Positions 17,828-26,670 of a stretch of DNA of 56,592 nucleotides are shown piece by piece (positions within the stretch are counted from its first letter, which is position 1; each line of letters opens with the position of its first letter). Source of the stretch: Candidatus Woesearchaeota archaeon (GTDB lineage: Archaea; Nanobdellota; Nanobdellia; Pacearchaeales; GW2011-AR1). The notes below the pieces were generated by a model. The model ran no database searches and was not told where the DNA came from. It saw only the letters and a list, made by a program, of their open reading frames with translations. The position numbers were made by a program, and so were the translations under genes. Location: assembly GCA_964364885.1 (NCBI GenBank), contig CAYIOA010000001.1, forward strand, positions 1 through 56,592. The letters are read 5' to 3'.

Positions 17828-18565
17828 CTATTTTTTGGCCATTTTCCATAGAAACAGAAAATATTGTTTAAAACTCTCAGAGATTCTTTTATTTTTAATC
17901 ATAAAAACAAATGGGTTTTCTTCCCAAAGGAAAATATAAACATAATCTTCAAAAATATCAATGGCTGCAGGACTGATATAACATTTAGGCATATATTTTA
18001 CTTCTGTATATTTCTCTTTTTCCCTATCTTTCCCTAAAGTTTCTCTCGCAGAACTATCCATTAAAATCTTTAATTTTTGTTTTTTCTGGGCACTTTTAAC
18101 ATTCATATTGCTAATAAATACTCTTAAGGATTCTGTAGCAAATGGCTGTTCAGAAAATCCAAGAATGTGAATAGTTTCTTCTTTAGGACAGTCATCTATT
18201 ATTTTCTTAAATGCTGTCTTGAAACCTTCAAAACCTTCGTAAATAGCAACATTAGTTTCTTTCTCTTCTCTCGTTTGTATTGATTTTAATGATGGGATTA
18301 AAGATTCTATTTTCTTCAATTTCTCCTTTTCATTCTCTAAGAATTTGGAAGGATCTGCAGCTTGGAAATATTTTCCTCTTTTCTGTATTCTATAAGTTAC
18401 AAGGCCCTTTTCTATCAGTGTATTAAGAGATTCATATACTCTTGAATTTGCTATTCCTGTCTCCTTGATAATTGGGCCTGTTGTTTTCCCTCCGTGCCTA
18501 AGTAAGAATAAATAAATTTTTGATTCATTACCTGATAGACCTAGATTTTCTAATTCTCTCTCCAT
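17828..18565 (-). CDS. TrmB-family transcriptional regulator
   Basis: N-terminal wHTH LENLGLSGNESKIYLFLLRHGGKTTGPIIKETGIANSRVYESLNTLIEKGLVTY. I chose the ATG at 18565 (MERELENLG); the ORF-track extension to 18673 looks non-coding. Confidence 0.75.
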   Translation of the reverse strand: MERELENLGLSGNESKIYLFLLRHGGKTTGPIIKETGIANSRVYESLNTLIEKGLVTYRIQKRGKYFQAADPSKFLENEKEKLKKIESLIPSLKSIQTREEKETNVAIYEGFEGFKTAFKKIIDDCPKEETIHILGFSEQPFATESLRVFISNMNVKSAQKKQKLKILMDSSARETLGKDREKEKYTEVKYMPKCYISPAAIDIFEDYVYIFLWEENPFVFMIKNKRISESFKQYFLFLWKMAKK

Positions 18566-18748
18566 ACCTAAAAATGAACCTTTATACTTTATAAAGATTT
18601 CTCCTTTACGGGAGAAATAACAATTAAATATAGTAATATTGTTACTACAATAAAGTAAATAATTACTTAACAAGAAAATGGAAAACAGAAAAATGAAATG
18701 TAATAGAGAAGAATCTCATGACGAGATACTTAGAAGGAAAGAACTAAA

Positions 18749-18755
18749 AGGAGGT
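18749..18755 (+). promoter_or_regulatory. Shine-Dalgarno-like AGGAGGT, 11 nt upstream of the ATG at 18767
   Basis: AAAAGGAGGTTTAATAAGAAAATG. Confidence 0.5.
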
Positions 18756-18766
18756 TTAATAAGAAA

Positions 18767-19240
18767 ATGACAATCAAAAGAACTTTGGGCCAAATAGTTA
18801 GTGCTCTAGACAATATGATTACTATTGCTCCAAGAGTTTGCAATGTTTCATATGGGGTAAGAGAAAATGAAGAAAGTGGCGAGAAAGAAGTTTACCCCCT
18901 TATGGGTTATAGATTATCAGAAGGAACACACGGCAACAAATGGGAAGTAGCAAGAGCACTTGCTAAGGCATTTAAGCTAAGAAGAACAGTGGATATTGGA
19001 GAAACTTTTGTAATACAGGAGGCATATCTGCTTGGCTCGGGTTTTGGCGGAAGAATCCCTGTAGATTACGAAATCAAAAGAGTAAGCAAAAATGCAGTAG
19101 AAGTTGTTGGTAAGGCTATCGGCTCTTACACAGGTTGCAATCATTCTACTGATCACTTTCTAGTTTCAGTCTCGAGTGATGAGTTAATGAAATTGAATAA
19201 CGGCGGTCGTCACGTTGTCTATAAGAATGTAATCTTTTAA
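18767..19240 (+). CDS. Hypothetical protein (157 aa)
   Basis: ORF with a strong SD-like site, divergent from the TrmB-family gene. No motif recognised. Confidence 0.55.
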   Translation: MTIKRTLGQIVSALDNMITIAPRVCNVSYGVRENEESGEKEVYPLMGYRLSEGTHGNKWEVARALAKAFKLRRTVDIGETFVIQEAYLLGSGFGGRIPVDYEIKRVSKNAVEVVGKAIGSYTGCNHSTDHFLVSVSSDELMKLNNGGRHVVYKNVIF

Positions 19241-19307
19241 TTTTCTTTATTTTTTACTTAACTTAATAAAACTGCTTATATCAACCTTTTAAATCTTTAG
19301 ATTTAAA

Positions 19308-21641
19308 TCAAACAATCTCAACCCTGAACTTCCCTTCATTAATCTCGCGCGCATTGCAAACACTCTTTAAGTCATCCAGAACTTCATGTAAAATTTTCAT
19401 ATCCTCTTTAGGCAAAGTTAAAGCTATCTCTGCCTTCATAGACTTCTTTCCCTCGGACTTCGCCTGCCGAACTTTTGTTATAATCTCAGTCATCTTCTCC
19501 CATGTTTTCTTATCGTGCCTCAACTCTCTAACGCCAATTCTCTTAGGCCAGTCTTCCAGATGAACAGATTTCCCATTTTCATACTTTCTAAAGTGATTCT
19601 GATAAATCTCCTCGCAAATAAAAGGAGTGAATGGCGCCATCATTTTAACAATAGCTAAGAAAGAATGATATAACGTAAAGAAAGCAGAATCTTTCTCTTC
19701 TTTCGTGCCATTATAAACTCTGTTCTTTACAATCTCCAGATAATTATCCGCAAATATTCTCCAAAAGAAACCATCCACATCACTCTTAACCTTAGAATAA
19801 TTATATTTATCAAACGCCTTAGTAGAGTCTTCAATTAATTTATTCAATTCAGATAAAAACAATCTATCTGTCTCAACAAGTTTAGGGCTCCTCTCCTGAT
19901 GCTCAAGATTCATAAAAACAAAATTTGCAGCGTTCCATATCTTAGTAATAAACTTCTTCCCAGTCAAAACATCTTTCTCCAGATATTCCATGTCGTCCCC
20001 TAATTTAGAAGTTGCAGCCCAATAGCGAAGAGCATCACCGCCATATTCCTTCATGACTTCCTGCGGTCTAACAACATTCCCTTTAGACTTAGACATTTTC
20101 TCGCCGCCGAGGGTAACAAACCCAGATATAGCAATATCTTCCCATGGAGCTTTGTCCTCGTGCAAAAGCGCCTTGACAATCGTATAAAATGCCCACGTCC
20201 GTATTATATCATGCGCCTGCGGTCTCAATGAATAAGGAATCTTGACTCTCTTATCAACAAGCAGTGATGTTATCTTAGGAGTCAGCGAAGAAGTTGCCCA
20301 GGTATCCAAAACTTTTCTCTCAGGCTCAGCTTCTTTCTTGCACTTCTTGCATTCCTTCTTAACCTGAATAGGATCAACAGGCAGCTCATCAAGTCCAGCT
20401 AAAATTATTTCATCACACTCAGTACATTTCCAAACAGGTATCGGAATTCCAAAATGCCTGTCGCGGGAAATAGACCAGTCCCATTGCAATCCTTTAATCC
20501 AGTTCTCATATCTTTTATGCATGTATTCAGGATGCCAATTTATTTCCTTTCCTACTTTAATCAACTCTTTCTTTTTATCAAGTATTTTAATAAACCACTG
20601 CTCAACAGGCAAAAACTCAATTTCTGTTCCGCATTTGTCATGCACATTGACATTATGAGTAATTTCTTTTTGCTCAATAATCAAACCACGATTCTTCAAG
20701 TCCTTCAATATCTCTTTTCTTGCTTCCTTAACTCTCAGGCCTTTATACTTTCCAATATTCAACCTGCCGTCTGTGCCAAACACAATTTTCGGCTCTAACT
20801 TATATCTCTGAATTGCATCAACATCATACTTGTCTCCGTAAGAGCAAACCATCAAAATACCAGTTCCTTTATCTAAATCAGCGCTTTCATCCGCAATAAT
20901 CGGAACTTCAAAATCAAACAACGGAACTCTTGCCTTTTTCCCAATCAGCTCTTTATATCTCCTGTCTTTAGGATTCACAAAAACACAAACACATGCCCCT
21001 AATAATTCTGGTCTTGTCGTAGCTATCAACAGCTCTTTCCTTCCAGAACTAAATTTCAATGTAGAAAATTGCGACTCCAGAACCTTGTCCTCAAGTTCTG
21101 CCTGCGCAATCGGCGTCTGGCATTCAGGACAGAAAATAGTGGGAAAATTCTCCTTGTAAATCAAGCCTTTCTTGTATAGCTCTATAAAAGACTCCTGAGA
21201 AATCCTTTGAGAATGTTCGTCAATAGTCGAGTAAAACAAATCATAATCACAGCTAACTCCTAAATCTTTCCAATCCTGCACAAACCTCGGCGTTATCTCC
21301 TTTAAAGTCTTCAGGCACAATTTAATAAACTCAGCCCGTGACATTTCCTTGCTCTTAACATTTTTCAGTCTTTCAATCAATCTCTCAGTTGGAAGTCCGT
21401 TATCGTCTGTCCCAAAAGGATAGAATACATTATATCCCTGCATTCTCTTATATCTTGCAATAAAGTCCTCCTGCGAATATGAAAAGGCATGTCCCATATG
21501 CATATCTCCCGACACAGTCGGCGGCGGAGTGTCTATAGAATAAATTTTCTTCTTGCTCTTTATGTCAAATCTATAAATTCCCTCTTTCTCCCAATGCTCT
21601 CTCCATCTTTTTTCCATTTCCAGGATGTTAAATTCAGGCAT
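19308..21641 (-). CDS. valS: Valyl-tRNA synthetase
   Basis: PPPTVSGDMHMGHAF (HIGH region, Val-type PPPxxxG) and KMSKSKGN. 777 aa. Confidence 0.87.
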   Translation of the reverse strand: MPEFNILEMEKRWREHWEKEGIYRFDIKSKKKIYSIDTPPPTVSGDMHMGHAFSYSQEDFIARYKRMQGYNVFYPFGTDDNGLPTERLIERLKNVKSKEMSRAEFIKLCLKTLKEITPRFVQDWKDLGVSCDYDLFYSTIDEHSQRISQESFIELYKKGLIYKENFPTIFCPECQTPIAQAELEDKVLESQFSTLKFSSGRKELLIATTRPELLGACVCVFVNPKDRRYKELIGKKARVPLFDFEVPIIADESADLDKGTGILMVCSYGDKYDVDAIQRYKLEPKIVFGTDGRLNIGKYKGLRVKEARKEILKDLKNRGLIIEQKEITHNVNVHDKCGTEIEFLPVEQWFIKILDKKKELIKVGKEINWHPEYMHKRYENWIKGLQWDWSISRDRHFGIPIPVWKCTECDEIILAGLDELPVDPIQVKKECKKCKKEAEPERKVLDTWATSSLTPKITSLLVDKRVKIPYSLRPQAHDIIRTWAFYTIVKALLHEDKAPWEDIAISGFVTLGGEKMSKSKGNVVRPQEVMKEYGGDALRYWAATSKLGDDMEYLEKDVLTGKKFITKIWNAANFVFMNLEHQERSPKLVETDRLFLSELNKLIEDSTKAFDKYNYSKVKSDVDGFFWRIFADNYLEIVKNRVYNGTKEEKDSAFFTLYHSFLAIVKMMAPFTPFICEEIYQNHFRKYENGKSVHLEDWPKRIGVRELRHDKKTWEKMTEIITKVRQAKSEGKKSMKAEIALTLPKEDMKILHEVLDDLKSVCNAREINEGKFRVEIV

Positions 21642-21696
21642 TTCTAATTCAAACTAATAAAGTTTAAAAAGATACCCAATTTGTGATGATTTACTA

Positions 21697-22317
21697 ATGG
21701 GTTCCAAACAAAAGAGGGATCTCTTCATAGCCATATTCAAAAAAGCAGAAAAAAAATACGCTAAGAACAAAAAACGTCTCGCAGGAGATAACTGGAGATA
21801 TGGCTGGCAGACATTAATCGCCACAATTATGAGCGCACAGTCAAGAGATGAAACAACAATCCCTGTAGCAGAAAGCCTTTTCAAAAAATATCCTTCTCTG
21901 AAATCCCTCGCAGAAGCAGACTATAACAATGTACTAAAAATATTCAGAAGTCTGAACTACAATAAAACAAAAGCAAAGCACGTTATAGGCGCGTCTAAAT
22001 CTGTAATAAAAGAATTCGGGGGGAAAATCTCGAATAAAATAGAAGAGTTAATAAAAATCCCTGGCGTAGGAAGAAAAACAGCAAACCTCGTCCTGGCAGA
22101 AGTTCATAAAAAGAATAGTATAACAGTTGACACTCACGTCCATAGGCTCGCGAATGTTCTCGGATTAGTAAAAACAAAAAATCCTCATGAAACAGAGCTC
22201 GCGTTGCAGAAAATAGCTCCAAAAAAATACTGGAGCAAAATCAATCGCATATTTGTTCTCTGGGGAAAAGAAATCCCTGGAAAAAACAAAGAAAAGCTTC
22301 TTGCACATATAGAATAA
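21697..22317 (+). CDS. nth: Endonuclease III-like HhH-GPD DNA glycosylase with no cysteines
   Basis: HhH motif IPGVGRKTANLVL and catalytic-Asp region VDTHVHRLANVLG. The protein has no Cys residues, so no Fe-S cluster loop. Confidence 0.8.
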   Translation: MGSKQKRDLFIAIFKKAEKKYAKNKKRLAGDNWRYGWQTLIATIMSAQSRDETTIPVAESLFKKYPSLKSLAEADYNNVLKIFRSLNYNKTKAKHVIGASKSVIKEFGGKISNKIEELIKIPGVGRKTANLVLAEVHKKNSITVDTHVHRLANVLGLVKTKNPHETELALQKIAPKKYWSKINRIFVLWGKEIPGKNKEKLLAHIE

Positions 22318-22346
22318 TTTATATATCTTAAAAACACTGAAATAAT

Positions 22347-22517
22347 ATGGCTCAGCAGCAAAATCAAATTAATATGCCGGGTGTTTTCGGCGGCTTAGTT
22401 AGATACAACGAAGAATATGAAAGTAAATTCAAGATATCTCCAGTGCAGGTAATTATCTTTATAATATCAATTATTGCATTCATTTTTATACTAAAAACCT
22501 TCTGGCCGGTCGTATAA
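22347..22517 (+). CDS. Sec61-beta / SecG-type translocon subunit (56 aa; below the ORF-track length cut-off)
   Basis: My translation is MAQQQNQINMPGVFGGLVRYNEEYESKFKISPVQVIIFIISIIAFIFILKTFWPVV. The GGLVRY box and single C-terminal TM helix are typical of archaeal Sec61-beta. Confidence 0.65.
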   Translation: MAQQQNQINMPGVFGGLVRYNEEYESKFKISPVQVIIFIISIIAFIFILKTFWPVV

Positions 22518-22555
22518 ATAGAAATCTATAAATAAGCAGGCAATTCACTTTAACC

Positions 22556-22888
22556 ATGTTCCCAGGACTAGGAAATATAGACCCAAAAAAAATGCAGGCT
22601 ATGATGAAGCAGCTTGGCATAAAGCAGGAAGAAATAGACGCAAAAAAAGTGACAATCGAAAAGTCTGAAGGAAAAATAATTATAGAAAATCCTTCAGTCC
22701 AGAGAATAATCATGCACGGGCAGGAAAGCTTCCAGATTACAGGAGAGTCAAAAGAAGTCAGTGAAAATTTCACTGAAGAGGATATAAAGTTAGTAATGGA
22801 AAAAACAGGCAAAAATAAAAAAGAAGTCGAAAAAGTTCTGGCAGAAACAAAAGACATTGCAGAAGCAATACTAGCGCTAAGCGTTTAG
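22556..22888 (+). CDS. nac: Nascent polypeptide-associated complex protein (NAC)
   Basis: N-terminal NIDPKKMQAMMKQLGIKQEEIDAKKVTIE (NAC domain) and C-terminal UBA-like EEDIKLVMEKTGKNKKEVEKVLAETKDIAEAILAL. Confidence 0.85.
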   Translation: MFPGLGNIDPKKMQAMMKQLGIKQEEIDAKKVTIEKSEGKIIIENPSVQRIIMHGQESFQITGESKEVSENFTEEDIKLVMEKTGKNKKEVEKVLAETKDIAEAILALSV

Positions 22889-22950
22889 CTCGTCGAAAGG
22901 TATATAAAGGAAAACTACTTTTATATGACGCATTAAATTTAGTATTCTGT

Positions 22951-23376
22951 ATGGAAGAGATAATAAAAGAGAAGATAAGCGCTGATCATTTGCTTTACGT
23001 AAGCTTAAAATACACAAAAACCTGCGATGTAATAATTAATCTAATTTCTCGATGGAAGATAATGATTGAATTAGGGCTTGAAAGGTTGATAGAAAAAGCA
23101 AAGAAAGAAAGAAAATGGAAGCCTGTGCCAAATGCCCCAAGAGCAAAGGTTCTCCAGATAAAAAAGATTTATAAGAACAATGAAGTAATTGCAGAAACAA
23201 TAAAGCTGTATGAATTATTCAGGGACATAGACCGGCTTGAAAAAATAAGGGAAAACGAGTTCAGAAAAGGAGTTAATCTGAAATTAATTTACAAGGACGG
23301 AGTAATAAACATAAATCTTATCCAGCTGAAAGAATACGCTTCTCTTCTAGAAAGGTTTATAAGCTACATAAAATAA
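22951..23376 (+). CDS. Hypothetical helical protein (141 aa)
   Basis: ORF upstream of minD. No motif recognised. Confidence 0.5.
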   Translation: MEEIIKEKISADHLLYVSLKYTKTCDVIINLISRWKIMIELGLERLIEKAKKERKWKPVPNAPRAKVLQIKKIYKNNEVIAETIKLYELFRDIDRLEKIRENEFRKGVNLKLIYKDGVININLIQLKEYASLLERFISYIK

Positions 23377-23416
23377 TTTCTTTTGCATTGAAAATATAAT
23401 TTTAAAGTATTCTAAA

Positions 23417-24178
23417 ATGAGCAGAATAATAACTATAACTTCGGGAAAAGGGGGGGTAGGAAAGACTACAACAGCAATTAATCTTGCCACAGCACTAAAT
23501 TTTTTTGGCAAAGATGTTATAATAGTTGACGCAAATCTTACAACGCCGAATGTTGGATTGCATCTAGGAGCGCCAATTGTCCCAATAAGCCTAAATCATG
23601 TTCTGTCAGGAAAAGCAAAAATCTCAGACGCAATATACGAGCACGAATCAGGAACAAAAATAATTCCAAGCTCTCTTTCAATTAACGAGCTAAGAAAAAT
23701 AAATCACAGTAAGCTGAAGGAATTAAGCAAAAAGCTGAAAAAAATGGCAGATATAATAATATTCGATTCTGCAGCAGGTCTGGGTGATGAGGCAATTGCA
23801 GCAATTGAATCAGGAGACGAATTAATTATAGTAACAAACCCTGAAATACCAGCAGTAACAGACGCTCTGAAAACCTCAAAGCTTATCGAGCAATTGGGAA
23901 AAAGCGTAAAAGGAGTTATTGTAACCAAAGTAAACGGCTCAAAGTCAGAAATGCCGGTGTCAAATATAAGAGACATGCTGGAACTTCCCATTTTAGGAGT
24001 AATCCCTGAAGATAAAAGAGTCCAGTCAGCTTTGGCAATGAAAGACGCGCTAATCCATGTTTATCCAAAATGCAAAGCATCCTTGGAATATAAAAGAATC
24101 GCAGCAAGACTAATAGGAAATAACAATTATAAAGAAAGAACAAATGGTATATTCGAAATGCTTTTAGGAAGATATTAG
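23417..24178 (+). CDS. minD: MinD/ParA-family ATPase
   Basis: Deviant Walker A SGKGGVGKTT and the DSAAGLGD region. Confidence 0.85.
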   Translation: MSRIITITSGKGGVGKTTTAINLATALNFFGKDVIIVDANLTTPNVGLHLGAPIVPISLNHVLSGKAKISDAIYEHESGTKIIPSSLSINELRKINHSKLKELSKKLKKMADIIIFDSAAGLGDEAIAAIESGDELIIVTNPEIPAVTDALKTSKLIEQLGKSVKGVIVTKVNGSKSEMPVSNIRDMLELPILGVIPEDKRVQSALAMKDALIHVYPKCKASLEYKRIAARLIGNNNYKERTNGIFEMLLGRY

Positions 24179-24511
24179 CTAAGATATCTTAGTTCCTTCT
24201 GCAATATCCCTCTCAGGCTCTATAATAACAACTTTGCTTTTGTCGTCAGAAACAGCTGCAAGAATCATCCCCTCGCTTTTAACACCTCTTAGAATAACAT
24301 GCTCTAAATTAAAGACAAAAATCGCTTTCCTGCCCTCAAGTTCCTCGCGCTCATAATGCTCTCTCAAACCAGCAACAATTGTCTTATTCTCGCCCTCTCC
24401 AAAACCAACCTTCAGCACATACAATTTACTCGCATTGGGGTGCTCCTCAACTCTCAAAATCCTGCCAACTCTCAAGTCAACTCCCTGAAAATCTTTTAAT
24501 GAAATTGCCAT
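24179..24511 (-). CDS. tRNA-binding domain protein (Trbp111/CsaA/EMAP-like OB fold)
   Basis: VDLRVGRILRVEEHPNASKLYVLKVGFGE...IVAGL...LRGVKSEGMILA. Confidence 0.8.
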   Translation of the reverse strand: MAISLKDFQGVDLRVGRILRVEEHPNASKLYVLKVGFGEGENKTIVAGLREHYEREELEGRKAIFVFNLEHVILRGVKSEGMILAAVSDDKSKVVIIEPERDIAEGTKIS

Positions 24512-24603
24512 CTAAAATAAAACAGAATTCCATTTATATGCTTTTCTGCATCAAAAACTATCTTTTCTGCATAAAATAAAAAATAATAAAATAAATAACA
24601 AAA

Positions 24604-25077
24604 TTAAGCTGTTATCTTTTCAGCTATTGTTCCAGTTGATGTTAGCACAACCGTACTACTTGGTTTGGTATAAGTTATAGTTATATCGCCCTTATAGTTG
24701 TTTCCAGTTGTTAAAGCGCTTGCGCAACCAACTGTAAACGCTTGAGCTGTTCCTACCGAAATACCAGTCGTTATTACACCAGTTGTGCAATCAATATCTG
24801 GAGCAGTGCCGTCAATATTTATGCCAGTAACAGTATAAACTTCCCCTCCATTATTCTGTAATTCAAGTATAGCACCGGAACTTCCAGCTCCTGTATCAGC
24901 CTGAACATTCCAAGCATTCATATAAAAAGGCGGAGTTACAACAGCAGATCCAGAAACATACTTGCCAGGACTAAATACTCCAAAATAAGCCAAAACTCCA
25001 ATAGCAATTACCGCCGCAAGTATAGCCCAGCCGTAAGTCATCAAGAACTCCATAGCTGCCTGTCCTTTCTTTTGCAT
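24604..25077 (-). CDS. Type IV pilin-like protein with a class III signal peptide
   Basis: MQKKG|QAAMEFLMTYGWAILAAVIAIGVLAYF (Q at +1, E at +5). I chose the ATG at 25077; the ORF track extends to 25104. Confidence 0.75.
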   Translation of the reverse strand: MQKKGQAAMEFLMTYGWAILAAVIAIGVLAYFGVFSPGKYVSGSAVVTPPFYMNAWNVQADTGAGSSGAILELQNNGGEVYTVTGINIDGTAPDIDCTTGVITTGISVGTAQAFTVGCASALTTGNNYKGDITITYTKPSSTVVLTSTGTIAEKITA

Positions 25078-25180
25078 TTTAAACCTCCTTTTATTAATAT
25101 GCAATATACTATAGAAAATACTATATAAATATTGTCATGCCGACAGAAAGCTTATAAAATACACCTCATATAAAAACAGA

Positions 25181-25744
25181 ATGAAAAAGAGCTTATTTTT
25201 AATACCCTTAATATTTCTGGCATTAACAATCATCATCATACTTTCTCTAGTCAATCTAAAAATATCGCCGATTGTCGGAGAAGCAATAAAAGAATCTAAA
25301 GACATCCAGGAAGACATAAACAACAACCCAGAAACAACAATAGAAAAAGAAAACATTGAAAAAGAGGATGTCAAAAATCCAAAACAAGAATCATTGAATA
25401 ACCTTGAGCCAGAATGTGAAGAACAGCAAATAGCATACGCTCTAAAAAATCTGAATAAGAACGAAACCTGCACAAAATTTCAAAACACCATCTGCGCAGA
25501 AAAAGAGATAATCTGCTCTGTAGAGCTCCATAACCTGGACGAGCAAGTAAAAGGATATTTTAAAATCAACCTGCTAGTGTTGAATAATCAAGGAACTCTG
25601 GAGACTATTCCTGAAGAATACACTTTAAATCCAAAGGAATATACAACATTTGAGGAAACAGTTACAATAAAAGGAGAAAACAATCTAAACAACATAAGCT
25701 GTTCTTTCTCAACTGAAACAATACCCAAAAAAAAGAGCTGTTAA
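25181..25744 (+). CDS. Secreted or membrane-anchored hypothetical protein with 7 Cys
   Basis: N-terminal signal or anchor LFLIPLIFLALTIIIILSLV. The antisense ORF 25135-25473 looks like a shadow ORF. Confidence 0.5.
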   Translation: MKKSLFLIPLIFLALTIIIILSLVNLKISPIVGEAIKESKDIQEDINNNPETTIEKENIEKEDVKNPKQESLNNLEPECEEQQIAYALKNLNKNETCTKFQNTICAEKEIICSVELHNLDEQVKGYFKINLLVLNNQGTLETIPEEYTLNPKEYTTFEETVTIKGENNLNNISCSFSTETIPKKKSC

Positions 25745-25746
25745 TA

Positions 25747-26670
25747 CTAAAGACAGTTAACCTGATAAACAGTTAAATGCTCGTTATCTAATTTAAACCA
25801 AGAAGGCAGTCCATTTGGAATAACATTACACGAGCTCGGATTAGCCGTCGAGAAATAAATATAATCAACAACAGATTTATCCTTGACATATACTCCCTGG
25901 GAGGATAATTTCTCCAAATTAACCAAAGATTCTATTCCATACAAGTTAGCTCCGACATTCCCCTGAAGTCTGTCAAGAAAGCTGGGAGCAGACGCAGAAG
26001 CAATATAATAAGAATTCGTCAAGTGCAAAAGCAAATTCTGAACATCACTCCCAGAAACAAAATTTGTATACAGGCTCTTTGTTATTTTATTTGTAATCAA
26101 TCCATTTGTGTTAACAACATACAAAGGATCCTCAAATCCCTCAACAGGTATCAACCCAACAATAGAAATGCTTTTATTCCAGCTTGCAAGTTTGTTCTTA
26201 TCCTCTACAAAAAAACTAGAGTTAAAAACCACCTTAACATGCCACGGATCATCCTGAGTAACCAAAATCGAAGGATCAAACAAGCTCGCGTTAGCATTTA
26301 TCTTTCTCGCTTTATTTTCCAAAGAACTTTTTATCTCGCTGAAAGTAGCTCCCGTCATCAAGCTCTGCGGTTGCCCGTATATAGTTCCATTATAAAAAGC
26401 CTCATCAAATGTAGCAGGAAAATTGCTTATAAAGGTTCCATTTTCAACAATTCTCTTCTCAAACAAGAATATAATTCTAAAGCCGGAGATATAAATCTGT
26501 CTAGATAAATCCTCTTCTGCAGAAAAAACAAAACTATCCAGGCTCTCAACTCTTTTCTGCACAACATTTCTTTCCTGGGCATTTGATACAAAAACAAGAG
26601 ATAAAAGAAAAAAAGTCAGCAATAAAATTGCCATGATAGTAAAAAACATTCCTTTCTTTTTCATGACCAT
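25747..26670 (-). CDS. Pilin-like (pseudopilin or minor pilin) protein, 307 aa
   Basis: KKKG|MFFTIMAILLLTFFLLSLVF N-terminus. 10-nt overlap with the upstream vWA gene. Confidence 0.55.
   Translation of the reverse strand: MVMKKKGMFFTIMAILLLTFFLLSLVFVSNAQERNVVQKRVESLDSFVFSAEEDLSRQIYISGFRIIFLFEKRIVENGTFISNFPATFDEAFYNGTIYGQPQSLMTGATFSEIKSSLENKARKINANASLFDPSILVTQDDPWHVKVVFNSSFFVEDKNKLASWNKSISIVGLIPVEGFEDPLYVVNTNGLITNKITKSLYTNFVSGSDVQNLLLHLTNSYYIASASAPSFLDRLQGNVGANLYGIESLVNLEKLSSQGVYVKDKSVVDYIYFSTANPSSCNVIPNGLPSWFKLDNEHLTVYQVNCL

Noticed and set aside
18566-18673. N-terminal extensions proposed by the ORF track for the TrmB-like gene (to 18673), the RPA-like gene (to 14249), the pilin (to 25104) and the giant gene (TTG at 39565)
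   Set aside because: The extensions either overlap the upstream gene substantially, encode odd sequence ahead of a well-placed ATG with a recognisable domain start, or use a non-ATG start when an ATG lies 21 nt downstream.
25104-25134. Shared AT-rich motif ACTATAGAAAATAC..CTATAT upstream of the pilin gene (25104-25134) and again at about 45766-45797, as a possible pilus-locus promoter or operator
   Set aside because: The exact match is only about 12 nt in very AT-rich intergenic DNA, and the flanks need indels to align. It is plausibly a generic TATA or BRE-like sequence or chance.
26023-26508. 161-aa plus-strand ORF inside the 307-aa pilin-like gene
   Set aside because: It is antisense to an ORF that is translationally coupled to its operon neighbours. 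Its product is Arg/Asn/Ile-rich low-complexity sequence with no signal or motif.
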